Positions 15,401-25,949 of a DNA stretch of 64,000 nt are shown here, one piece after another. Source of the DNA: Macrostomum lignano (taxonomy: Eukaryota); contig NIVC01002067.1 in the NCBI GenBank assembly GCA_002269645.1, forward strand, positions 1 to 64,000, given 5' to 3'. The notes beneath the pieces are model-generated. The model had not been told where the DNA came from and ran no database searches. It worked only from the letters and a program-made list of their open reading frames with translations. How positions within the stretch are numbered: the stretch's first letter is position 1; each line of letters opens with the position of its first letter. Made by a program: the position numbers and the translations under genes.

Positions 15401-18400
15401 TCCAAACCCTCATTTCAGATTCCAAACCCTCATTTCAGATTCCAAACCCTCATTTCAGATCCCAAATATCCCCATTTCAGATTCCAAACCCTCATTTCAG
15501 ATCACAAATGTCCCCATTTCAGATTCCAAATCCTCATTTCAGTTCACAAATATCCCCATTTCAGATTCCAAACCCTCATTTCAGATCCCAAATATCCCCA
15601 TTTCAGATTCCAAACCCTCATTTCAGATCCCAAATATCCCCATTTCAGATTCCAAACCCTCATTTCAGATCACAAATATCCCCATTTCAGATTCCAAACC
15701 CTCATTTCAGATCCCAAATATCCCCATTTCAGATTCCAAACCCTCATTTCAGATCACAAATATCCCCATTTCAGATTCCAAACCCTCATTTCAGATCCCA
15801 AATATCCCCATTTCAGATTCCAAACCCTCATTTCAGATCACAAATATCCCCATTTCAGATTCCAAACCCTCATTTCAGATCCCAAATATCCCCATTTCAG
15901 ATTCCAAACCCTCATTTCAGATCCCAAATATCCCCATTTCAGATTCCAAACCCTCATTTCAGATCCCAAATATCCCCATTTCAGATTCCAAACCCTCATT
16001 TCAGATCACAAATATCCCCATTTCAGATTCCAAACCCTCATTTCAGATCCCAAATATCCCCATTTCAGATTCCAAACCCTCATTTCAGATCACAAATATC
16101 CCCATTTCAGATTCCAAACCCTCATTTCAGATCCCAAATATCCCCATTTCAGATTCCAAACCCTCATTTCAGATCACAAATATTCCCATTTCAGATTCCA
16201 AACCCTCATCTCAGATCACAAAAGTCCCATTTCAGATCCTAAAATCCCAATTTGGAATTCAAATGCTCCTATTGTAATTCCAAATTCCCAAATTTACATA
16301 GCGTACTTCAATTCTAAACTCCAACGAAGTTCTAACTAAAGAAATCCCAAAATAAAAAAGAATCGCTCCCCGAACCGCAGGTGGACCGCGGTGTCGAAGC
16401 CTTTGCCGAAACAATCCGCCAGCTGGGAGCTCGAGCTCGCGCCCTCATCGAAACTGAGCACCCGGAGTCCGAGCGAGTCGCCCAAGCTCAGAATCGTCTC
16501 GACCGACTCTACTCAACCCTGAAAGAGCTATGCGCCGAGAAGCGGGCCTGGCTACAAGAACAACTCAAGCTCTACCAGCTGCAGAGAGAAATTCTCGACC
16601 TAGAATCCTGGATCTACGAGAGAACCTTAGTAGCTCAGAGTAACGAACTGGGCAAAGACTATGAGCACTGCGTACTGCTTAGAGAAAGATTTCGCGAATT
16701 CGCCAAAGAGACTGAAACGATTGGCACCGAGCGAGTTGCGGCTGCCAATCAGTTTGTTGACAGCCTGATCGATCAGGTTAGTTAGTTGACGCTGCACAAC
16801 TTGGACAGAGAAACAGAGAGAAACAGAGATATAAATGTACAAATTTAAACTCTAGAGTCAGCTAGTGCATAGAGAAAATAGAGAAGAGGGGAGGCTGAAC
16901 AGTAAGGTAAGAAAGAGAGATAAGAATGTGGGTCGGATAAACAGGGGAGAGGATCTACACTGTGATTAGGGGAGGGAGAGAAAGGGCTAGAGATAAGAAT
17001 GTACACTCTAGGGTCAGATAAACAGGGGAGAGGATCTACACTGTGATTAGGGGAGGGAGAGAAAGGGCTAGAGATAAGAATGTGCACTCTAGGGTCAGAT
17101 AAACAGGGGAGAGGATCTACACTGTGATTAGGGGAGGGAGAGAAAGGGCTAGAGATAAGAATGTACACTCTAGGGTCAGATAAACAGGGGAGAGGATCTA
17201 CACTGTGATTAGGGGAGGGAGAGAAAAGGGCTAGAGATAAAAATGTACACTTTAGGGTCGGATAAACAGGGGAGAGGATGTACACTGTGATTAGGGGAGG
17301 GAGAGAAAAGGGCTAGAGATAAGAATGTACACTTTAGGGTCGGATAAACAGGGGAGAGGATGTACACTGTGATTAGGGGAGGGAGAGAAAGGGCTAGAGA
17401 TAAGAATGTACACTTTAGGGTCGGATAAACAGGGGAAAGGATGTACACTGTGATTAGGGGAGGGAGAGAAAGGGCTAGAGATAAGAATGTACACTCTAGG
17501 GTCGGATAAACAGGGGAGAGGATCTACACTGTGATTAGGGGAGGGAGAGAGGGCTAGAGATAAGAATGTACACTCTAGGGTCGGATAAACAGGGGAGAGG
17601 ATCTACACTGTGATTAGGGGAGGGAGAGAAAGGGCTAGAGATAAGAATGTACACTCTAGGGTCAGATAAACAGGGGAGAGGATCTACACTGTGATTAGGG
17701 GAGGGAGAGAAAAGGGCTAGAGATAAGAATGTACACTTTAGGGTCGGATAAACAGGGGAGAGGATGTACACTGTGATTAGGGGAGGGAGAGAAAGGGCTA
17801 GAGATAAGAATGTACACTCTGAATGTACACTGTGATTAGGGGAGGGAGAGAAAGAGCTATAGATAAGAATGTGCACTTTGGGGTCAGAGAGAAAAAAGAA
17901 TCAAAGAGGATTTACACTAGATTTAACTAAGTTTTCAAAGCTTGGAAAAAAGGCATTTCCATATTCAATTGTTTTTGTCATCCCTAAAGGGACATCGAAA
18001 CTCTGCGGACATTGCCGAGTGGAAAGATCGCGTCAACGAGGCCTGGTCAGACCTGCTGGAGCTGATTGACACTCGAACCCAGTTGCTCACGGCTGCTTAC
18101 GCTTTCCATCGATTTTTGACCGACTGTCGCGACGTGCTCGATAGAATCGAGGAGAAAGAGCTCGCTATACCGGATGATGTCGGTGAGCTATTCTCAAGAG
18201 CATAAATATTTTTAAAAAGTTAACACTTAAGGTATGTTAGACGATTTGAGATTTTTAGGATGCGACATTTTGAGGACGTTACATTTGGAGGATGTGACAT
18301 TGTGAGGATGTTACATTTTGAGGATGTTACATTTTGAGGATGTTACATTTTGAGGATGTTACATTTTGAGGATGTGACATTTTGAGGACGTTACATTTTG

Positions 18401-21400
18401 AGGACGTTACATTTTGAGGACATGACATTTTGAGGACGTGACGTTTTAAGGATGTGGCGTTTTGAGGATGTAAAATTTTGAGAGTTTAGAGAGATTCTTA
18501 GTGAAGCATTTCTAAGAAAACCAGTTAATTTCAAATCGTCTCCTACACCCAGGCAAAGACGCCAAATCGTCGGACTCTTACGCCAGGAAGCACACCGCAT
18601 TTGAGCACGACCTGCGCACCCTGGAGGCCGCGGTGCACGGTGTTGAACGCGACGCCGATGACCTGCTGCCGGCCTACAGCGGCGACAACGAGAAGCTGAT
18701 TCGCGAACGTCGCGATCAAGTAATCGATGCTTGGAATCGATTGACTCTGCGCTGCCAGCGCAGGAAAGCTGAACTAGCTGATAATGCTGAGTTCCATCGA
18801 TTCCTCAACATGGTTCGCGAGCTGCTCATGTGGATGGACTCTATCGAAGCTGAGATGGCCTCGCAGGAGAGGCCAAGGGACGTGTCCGGCGTTGAATTAT
18901 TAATGAATTCGCACAAGAATCTCAAAGCTGAGATGGACGCCAGAGATGAGAATTTCACTATTGCGGCCAACCTGGGCCGGTCTCTCGTGATGCGCCGGCA
19001 TCCCAGACTAACTGTGGTGCAGGAGAAACTCGCCGAACTTGCTGGCAAACGGTTCGACGTTACGGACGCTTGGGACACCAAATGGGACCAGTTGCAGCTT
19101 ATGCTGGAGGTAAAGATTCAATTGTGGCTAAATACTCGTACTGGATAGCATGTAGAGGTTTTGAACATTTCATAGCTTGGAATGGAAGGAGGTAAGAGAG
19201 CCGGAGAATCAGTGTACATTTCAGAGCTAGGGTGTCGGGAGCGGAAGGGCTGGGTAAGAGAGCCGGAGAATCAGTGTACATTTCAGAGCTAGGGTGTCGG
19301 GAGCGGAAGGGCTGGGTAAGAGAGCCGGAGAATCAGTGTACATTTCCGAGCTAGGGTGTCGGGAGCGGAAGGGCTGGGTAAGAGAGCCGGAGAATCAGTG
19401 TACATTTCAGAGCTAGGGTGTCGGGAGCGGAAGGGCTGGGTAAGAGAGCCGGAGAATCAGTGTACATTTCAGAGCTAGGGTGTCGGGAGCGGAAGGGCTG
19501 GGTAAGAGAGCCGGAGAATCAGTGTACATTTCCGAGCTAGGGTGTCGGGAGCGGAAGGGCTGGGTAAGAGAGGCGGAGAATCAGTGTGCATTCAGAGCTA
19601 GGGTGTCGGGAGTGGAAGGGGGTAAGAGAGGCGGAGAATCAGTGTACATTTCAGAGGTAGGGAGTCGCAGAGTGGAAGGGGGTAAGAGAGGCGGAGAATC
19701 AGTGTACATTCAGAGCTAGGGTGTCGGGAGTGGAAGGGCCGGATAAGAGAGCCGGAGAATCAGTGTACATTCAGAGCTAGGGTGTCGGGAGTGGAAGGGG
19801 GGTAAGAGAGGCGGAGAATCAGTGTACATTTCAGAGGTAGGGAGTCGCAGAGTGGAAGGGGGTAAGAGAGGCGGAGAATCAGTGTACATTCAGAGCTAGA
19901 GTGTCGGAAGTGGAGGGCCGGGTAAAGAGAGCCGGAGAATCAGTGTACATTCAGAGCTAGGGTGTCGGGAGTGGAAGGGGGGTAAGAGAACCGGAGAATC
20001 AGTGTACATTCAGAGCTAGGGTGTCGGGAGTGGAAGGGGGGTAAGAGAGCCGGAGAATCAGTGTACATTTCAGAGCTAGGGTGTCGGGAGCGGAAGGGCT
20101 GGGTAAGAGAGCCGGAGAATCAGTGTACATTTCCGAGCTAGGGTGTCGGGAGCGGAAGGGCTGGGTAAGAGAGGCGGAGAATCAGTGTGCATTCAGAGCT
20201 AGGGTGTCGGGAGTGGAAGGGGGGTAAGAGAGGCGGAGAATCAGTGTACATTTCAGAGGTAGGGAGTCGCAGAGTGGAAGGGGGTAAGAGAGGCGGAGAA
20301 TCAGTGTACATTCAGAGCTAGGGTGTCGGGAGTGGAAGGGCCGGATAAGAGAGCCGGAGAATCAGTGTACATTCAGAGCTAGGGTGTCGGGAGTGGAAGG
20401 GGGGTAAGAGAGGCGGAGAATCAGTGTACATTTCAGAGGTAGGGAGTCGCAGAGTGGAAGGGGGTAAGAGAGGCGGAGAATCAGTGTACATTCAGAGCTA
20501 GAGTGTCGGAAGTGGAGGGCCGGGTAAAGAGAGCCGGAGAATCAGTGTACATTCAGAGCTAGGGTGTCGGGAGTGGAAGGGGGGTAAGAGAACCGGAGAA
20601 TCAGTGTACATTCAGAGCTAGGGTGTCGGGAGTGGAAGGGGGGTAAGAGAGCCGGAGAATCAGTGTACATTTCAGAGCTAGAGTGTCGGGAGTGGAAGGG
20701 CCAGGTAAAGAGAGCCGGAGAATCACTGTACATAGCCCCTGGTATAAGACAGAACAACCTGGATTGAACAAGCTCCACCACTGTCAACGCAGGTGTACCA
20801 GTTTGCTCGCGATGCTGCCGTCGCTGAGGCCTGGCTGTTAGCCCAGGAGCCGCACCTGAGCAGCCACGAATTAGGCGAAAGTCTAGAAGAGACTTTAGCC
20901 TTAATAAGACAACACGAAGCGTTTGAGAAAGCGGCCGCATCGCAGGAGGAAAGATTTGCTGCGCTGCAAAAGTTGACCGCTTTGGAGCTGCGTGGAGGTG
21001 CAACCGGCACTGCCTCTGCAGGTAATAGAGATGTACATGTGTATGATTTCTGTCAGGGGTGATTTCTATCAGGGGTGATTAATTCCGTCTTAGAGTGATT
21101 TTGGAAGACATTATAAACCAGAAAAAGTAAAGCAAAAAGTCTTATTCATAATTATTTTCACCGAAATCCTACCGAAACCCAACGTCACTCTAAAAGAATT
21201 TCTCAGTTTTTTTCAAAAAAAGTTGACCGTGCGCGTTGCGTCTACTTCCATGCATAAGTAGTCTGAATAGCTTCTATTGTCTGAATTTGCGAACGTTTTT
21301 GTTAAACACGGCTTCAAATCGCAGACGAGGCAGCGAAACGAGCCGAGCGTCGTGCAGCCGCCGTGTCCGCCGCCGTGCCGCAGGCGCCTCCGACGCCAAA

Positions 21401-24038
21401 AGCGACGCCAATTAAAAAGCAGCAACAAGAGCAACAGGAGCAGCAGCAGCTGACTCAGCAGCAGCAACAGCAACAGAAGCAGCAAGTCGCTGCAGCTACA
21501 CCTGGAGAGGCAGCTAAGGCGTCCCAGCAGGCTCAGCAGCAGCCGCAGCCGATGATAACAGCAGCCAAGATGGAGGGCATGCTGGCCAGGTTTGTATGCT
21601 GCTGCACTAGTGAGCTTTTCTAAGAAGGCCATGCCAGGAAGCCACTTTGTATATGCAGAAAGGCAACAAGTAAGGAAGGTAGCGCCCCTGGTGCTAAAGC
21701 CCTGGTGCTGGCGCCCCTGGTGCTAAAGCCCTGGTGCTAAAGCCCTGGTGCTGGCGCCCCTGGTGCTGGCGCCCCTGGTGCTGGCGCCCCTGGTGCTGGC
21801 GCCCCTGGTGCTGGCGCCCCTGGTGCTGGCGCCCCTGGTGCTGGCGCCCCTGGTGCTGGCGCCCCTGGTGCTGGCGCCCCTGGTGCTAAAGCCCCTGGTG
21901 CTGGCGCCCCTGGTGCTAAAGCCCCTGGTGCTGGCGCCCCTGGTGCTGGCGCCCCTGGTGCTGGCGCCCCTGGTGCTAAAGCCCCTGGTGCTGGCGCCCC
22001 TGGTGCTGGCGCCCCTGGTGCTAAAGCCCCTGGTGCTAAAGCCCCTGGTGCTGGCGCCCCTGGTGCTGGCGCCCCTGGTGCTAAAGCCCCTGGTGCTAAA
22101 GCCCCTGGTGCTGGCGCCCCTGGTGCTAAAGCCCCTGGTGCTAAAGCCCCTGGTGCTGGCGCCCCTGGTGCTGGCGCCCCTGGTGCTGGCGCCCCTGGTG
22201 CTGGCGCCCCTGGTGCTGGCGCCCCTGGTGCTGGCGCCCCTGGTGCTGGCGCCCCTGGTGCTGGCGCCCCTGGTGCTGGCGCCCCTGGTGCTGGCGCCCC
22301 TGGTGCTGGCGCCCCTGGTGCTAAAGCCCCTGGTGCTGGCGCCCCTGGTGCTAAAGCCCCTGGTGCTAAAGCCCCTGGTGCTGGCGCCCCTGGTGCTAAA
22401 GCCCCTGGTGCTGGCGCCCCTGGTGCTGGCGCCCCTGGTGCTGGCGCCCCTGGTGCTAAAGCCCCTGGTGCTGGCGCCCCTGGTGCTGGCGCCCCTGGTG
22501 CTGGCGCCCCTGGTGCTAAAGCCCCTGGTGCTGGCGCCCCTGGTGCTGGCGCCCCTGGTGCTAAAGCCCCTGGTGCTGGCGCCCCTGGTGCTGGCGCCCC
22601 TGGTGCTAAAGCCCCTGGTGCTAAAGCCCCTGGTGCTGGCGCCCCTGGTGCTGGCGCCCCTGGTGCTGGCGCCCCTGGTGCTGGCGCCCCTGGTGCTGGC
22701 GCCCCTGGTGCTGGCGCCCCTGGTGCTGGCGCCCCTGGTGCTGGCGCCCCTGGTGCTGGCGCCCCTGGTGCTGGCGCCCCTGGTGCTAAAGCCCCTAATG
22801 CTAAAGCCCCTCCTGGTGCTAAAGCCGCTGGTGCTAAAGCCCCTGGTGCTAAAGCCGCTGGTGCTAAAGCCGCTGGTGCTGGCGCCCCTGGTGCTAAAGC
22901 CCCTAATGCTAAAGCCCCTCCTGGTGCTAAAGCCGCTGGTGCTAAAGCCCCTGGTGCTAAAGCCCCTGGTGCTAAAGCCCCTGGTGCTAAAGCCGCTGGT
23001 GCTAAAGCCCCTGGTGCTAAAGCCGCTGGTGCTAAAGCCCCTGGTGCTAAAGCCCAGTCAAATGGAATGCGGCGCCCCGTTGATAAAAAAACTAGCGCCT
23101 AAGCCCCTATCTTGAAACGCCCCGGCCCTCAGGAAGCACGAGTGGGAGCAGGGCGGCCGGAAGGCGCACAGCCGGTCCTGGCAGCAGGTGTGGACGGTGC
23201 TGGAGTCCGGCCAGCTGAGGTTCTACAAGGACGAGCGACATAGCCGGGAGCGACCGCAGGACACTTATCGGCACGAGCCGGCTCTGGAGCTGGAGGGCGC
23301 TAGCAGTGCGCCGGCGGCCGATTACTCGAAACGGCCTCATGTGTTCCGGCTGAAGCTGGGCAACGGGGCCGAGTACCTGTTCCAGGTGCGTGTGCGCTCA
23401 ATGCTGCCGTTTTGCGCTGATATATGGTTTTACTGACACAGATCTAACCCTACTCACACAGACATCTAGCAATACTGACACAGACATCTAGCCCTACTAA
23501 AACAGACATCTAGCCCTACTGACACAAAGATCTAGCTCTACTGATACAAAGATCTAGCCCTACTGACACAGACATCTAGCCCTACTGACACAGTCATCTA
23601 GCCCTACTGACACACTGCTCTAGCCCTACTCACACAAAGATCTAGATCTACTGAAACAGAGATATAGCCCTACTGACACAGACATTTAGGCGCTAGCCTT
23701 TCGAAGTGACTTTGTAAATATTTTACATCTTTCCATCTAAAATATCTTTACAAACGCGCACTATCCTACTGGTACTACTTATTTACCATAACTAGGCGCT
23801 TCGGTCTGGCGACGCCGAAATGACCGACTGGGTAACGCGAATCAACGCTGCCGCAGGCGCTACGCCGACCACAGCCGCCCGGGCCGCCACGATGCCCGCC
23901 GCTGCCACGTCTTCGGCCTCGGCGACCGCAGCCACTTCTGCCTCGGCTTCCGGCGGAGTCGGTGGGAGCGGAGGCGGCGGAGAAGCCGGCGGAGGCGGAA
24001 AAAAGAGTCGATTTTTTACTATCGGAAGAAAAAAGTAA
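5296..24038 (+). CDS. SPTBN1: beta-spectrin (canonical beta-G type), 5'-partial, 13 exons in window, about 2139 aa visible
   Basis: Exons: 5296-6424, 7126-8019, 8855-9424, 10232-10756, 11715-12509, 12947-13318, 16381-16776, 17990-18182, 18553-19109, 20793-21021, 21325-21589, 23133-23385, 23796-24038. All introns are GT-AG with compatible phases. The protein shows the CH2 end (PDLIDY...[30 protein letters not shown]), Trp-anchored spectrin repeats, a PH domain (RKHEWEQGGRKAHSRSW...YSKRPHVFRLKL) and a basic C-terminus (FFTIGRKK). The symbol names the closest vertebrate type, not a proven 1:1 orthologue. CH1 exons are not in the window. Confidence 0.95.
6610..6910. repeat. 27-bp pyrimidine-rich intronic minisatellite
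   Basis: TTTCCCGAATTTCCCTTCCCGATTCTC copies. Confidence 0.9.
7126..8019 (+). CDS. SPTBN1: beta-spectrin exon
   Basis: ccgcag|GCA TTC ATC ... CTG GAG|gtgagc; ORF 7189..8118. Confidence 0.9.
8034..8810. repeat. 31-bp intronic minisatellite
   Basis: GGTCTGTACATTGGTGTACTTATTGTGCACG copies, starting about 15 nt after the donor. Confidence 0.96.
8855..9424 (+). CDS. SPTBN1: beta-spectrin exon
   Basis: catcag|GTT GTC AAG CAC (VVKHRFDGFE) ... TTC CAG|gtgcgt. Confidence 0.92.
9465..10185. repeat. about 24-bp purine-rich intronic minisatellite
   Basis: GAAGGAGGGAAGCAGAGACTCACT copies. Confidence 0.95.
10232..10756 (+). CDS. SPTBN1: beta-spectrin exon
   Basis: ccgcag|GTG TGG CTG ... CAG AAG|gtggga. 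Confidence 0.92.
10790..11685. repeat. 19-bp then 22-bp intronic minisatellite sharing a GATTCGAATAG core
   Basis: GATTCGAATAGCATTTTGG followed by AATTGGGATTCGAATAGTAGCT. Confidence 0.93.
11715..12509 (+). CDS. SPTBN1: beta-spectrin exon
   Basis: ccgcag|GTG GAT TCG ... CAG GAT|gtgaga. Confidence 0.92.
12586..12740. repeat. 24-bp intronic minisatellite
   Basis: CACTCTAATTAGCACTCTTCTTRT copies, with degenerate copies to about 12920. Confidence 0.88.
12947..13318 (+). CDS. SPTBN1: beta-spectrin exon
   Basis: tcacag|GCT GGT GCA ... GAA CAG|gtgcgg; in frame with ORF 12977..13348. Confidence 0.88.
13355..14556. repeat. 23-bp intronic minisatellite with an about 180-bp higher-order unit
   Basis: TACCTGTCAATCAGTATCCTAGC; the marker CCTCAATCAGATATC recurs near 13380, 13560, 13737 and 13892. 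Confidence 0.95.
15075..16245. repeat. 42-bp (2x21) intronic minisatellite
   Basis: ATTTCAGATTCCAAACCCTCATTTCAGATCCCAAATATCCCC. Confidence 0.95.
16381..16776 (+). CDS. SPTBN1: beta-spectrin exon
   Basis: ccgcag|GTG GAC CGC ... GAT CAG|gttagt. Confidence 0.92.
16900..17870. repeat. 81/82-bp intronic tandem repeat
   Basis: CTAGAGATAAGAATGTACAC recurs at 16987, 17068 and onwards. Confidence 0.95.
17990..18182 (+). CDS. SPTBN1: beta-spectrin exon
   Basis: ctaaag|GGA CAT CGA (GHRNSADIAEWKDRVNEAW) ... GTC G|gtgagc. Confidence 0.92.
18255..18470. repeat. 16-bp intronic minisatellite
   Basis: TACATTTTGAGGATGT copies. Confidence 0.92.
18553..19109 (+). CDS. SPTBN1: beta-spectrin exon
   Basis: acccag|GC AAA GAC ... 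CTG GAG|gtaaag; contains PRDVSGVELLMNSHKNLKAEMDAR. Confidence 0.92.
19185..20735. repeat. 60-62-bp intronic tandem repeat with an about 600-bp higher-order duplication
   Basis: CCGGAGAATCAGTGTACATT at 19201, 19263, 19325 and onwards; the rare variant TCAGTGTGCA occurs at 19581 and 20182. Confidence 0.95.
20793..21021 (+). CDS. SPTBN1: beta-spectrin exon (partial last repeat)
   Basis: acgcag|GTG TAC CAG (VYQFARDAAVAEAWL) ... GCA G|gtaata. Confidence 0.88.
21325..21589 (+). CDS. SPTBN1: beta-spectrin exon (Ala/Gln-rich linker and start of PH)
   Basis: tcgcag|AC GAG GCA ... GCC AG|gtttgt; ends MEGMLAR. Confidence 0.85.
21680..23060. repeat. 15-bp GC-rich intronic minisatellite with two interspersed variants
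   Basis: GCCCCTGGTGCTGGC and GCCCCTGGTGCTAAA. Confidence 0.97.
23133..23385 (+). CDS. SPTBN1: beta-spectrin exon (PH domain)
   Basis: cctcag|G AAG CAC GAG TGG ... TTC CAG|gtgcgt. Confidence 0.92.
23433..23695. repeat. 22-bp intronic minisatellite
   Basis: CTACTGACACAGACATCTAGCC copies. Confidence 0.9.
23796..24038 (+). CDS. SPTBN1: beta-spectrin last exon
   Basis: aactag|GCG CTT ... EMTDWVTRINAA ... FFTIGRKK TAA. Confidence 0.85.
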   Translation, partial: ALRSGDAEMTDWVTRINAAAGATPTTAARAATMPAAATSSASATAATSASASGGVGGSGGGGEAGGGGKKSRFFTIGRKK

Positions 24039-25560
24039 CACCGGATGTGGATTTTGCAGTTCCGCTACTAAGTTTTTCTTCGAACCTAAATGCGTCTTTA
24101 GGGTTTTCGATTTTTTTATTCTGTGCGTCTGCAGTGCATGCTTGCAGCTTGATTGACTTGGAAGCTCCAGATTGTTGACTCCATCACGTACTTTTAAAAA
24201 TCTCTTACCAACTGGGCACCAACCTCACTCCGCGTGCTTCATTCTAATTGGCTGAAGCTTTATAAAAATCTATACCCCCAGTGTACTGACCGGCCTCACC
24301 CCTAGCTTTTCTCTCATTGGCTGGAGCTTTATAGAAATCTCTACCCCCAGTGCACTGACCAATTAATTCACTGGAGGCGCAAAATGCAGAGTTTTCTAAG
24401 AAATTTTCTGCCAGTCATGCGCGCGAGCTCACACGCGCCTAGAAATTAAATAAAGAAAAACTCACGCGATGTACTTTAGGCTGATTCGTTTATTCTGTTT
24501 AGTAAGTCTGAATACTCTTCTAGCACGTAGTAATTGTTTAGTATTAACTAGCTATCCTTCAGTTTTTAAGTCAAATTGTTGTAAAGCTTCTGTGGGCAGT
24601 ATTTTTATGTAATAATTCCATATCTCATTTTTGTTAGTTCCACACCATTCCGGTCAGAAGCTGCTTCAATGCTGCTTCAGTTTTTATCAAATCGTTTCTG
24701 AATATTTTATGTGTTTAGTTTTCTTCTAATTGTCGTTAAATTTAACTTTAAACTTTAGACAATCCACACTGCTCTGGTCTTTGCTTTATATTATACCTCT
24801 TTTTTTCCTCTCAGTAGGTCATTATTGTGGGTCTTCCTATTGCACCTGTGTTTAAAGCAATCAACTGTAATATTTTATTTTTTGTTTAATCTCTGCTTTA
24901 TTCCTTAAACGTTCCTTATGAGCTTAGCACTGTACTGGGCTCTTATTTAATCACCGCGTTCTTTTCTCGCGCTTTTAGCTAGCTAAGTGAAGCTCCGAAA
25001 CAAGAAAAGCTCTTTTCGTACTACTCGCCGCGCCTGGCAAGTCAGTAGTGTAGTAAGGACGCGTTTTTATATCATTATTTATATTCTAGACTTGTTTAAA
25101 ACAATCTTATCTAGCTTTCATAGAATTTATTATTAGAGAATTTTTTCCTAGAAACAGCGGTTCCCTTTTTCGATTTTTGAGATCGGCTGTCATTTTTGCT
25201 TTATAACCCCCTCTATACCGGTATTACCTACTATGAGTAGCTTTTGAGCACGATAGCATCAGAGACATATCAGTTGCGACCTCCCTTCTAGCTTTAAATG
25301 ATTTCAGTTGGCTTAGCCTTTAAGTCAAGAATATATATATTGCTTTGCTTTGCAAACTGTAATAGCCTTTTTTATTTCTAGCTATTCTGCTTTTGTTTCC
25401 TTTTTTCTAAAAAAGAAGGACCTTTCTGGAACTGGTCGATAGGCCTAATTGTTAGTTAAACTGCTGTCGCTTTTCATTCCGCACCTGCCGCTTCTCCTTG
25501 TGGCTTCGATAAATGCGCGCAATATTATCTACTGCTAATGTTTTAGCTATATAAATAAAC
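24039..25560 (+). other. probable beta-spectrin 3' UTR
   Basis: AT-rich non-repetitive sequence after the stop; AATAAA at 24449-24454 and 25554-25559. The true end is unknown. Confidence 0.4.
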
Positions 25561-25695
25561 TAGGTAGTAGTAAGTGAGGCGAAGAATTTTTTTTCTAATC
25601 GCTTAGAAGCTTATGAAAGCAAATTATAATAATTTATAACAGTCGTTGACTTACTTCTGCCTAAATACATGATATAGTTAAATACATGTAGTTTG

Positions 25696-25806
25696 GTAGA
25701 TAGGTAGGTAGGTATAGGTGATAGACAGGTAGGTATTTAGATAGGTAGGTACAGATAAGTAGGTGGGTAGACACAGGTAGGTTGGTAGCTATGTACATAG
25801 GTAGAT
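25696..25806. repeat. degenerate (TAGG)n microsatellite, left flank of the Helitron nest
   Basis: Visible; it continues at 47396-47710. Confidence 0.8.
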
Positions 25807-25949
25807 ACTAGCAATATTCGCCCCCGATGGGGGACATGTAGATAGAATCTCTGTTCTCTACAAGTATCAATAAGATGGCCAAACAAAGCCTTCACGTAGT
25901 CAAAAGAAAAACTGCTCAGATGAAGTGCAATGCAAAAAGAAAACATCCT

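Noticed and set aside
21748-23115. 455-aa LAPLV/LKPLV ORF, or an elastin-like APGAG/APGAK frame as an alternative spectrin exon
   Set aside because: It lies wholly in a phase-compatible GT-AG intron, has no convincing flanking splice sites, and a 15-bp unit is trivially stop-free.
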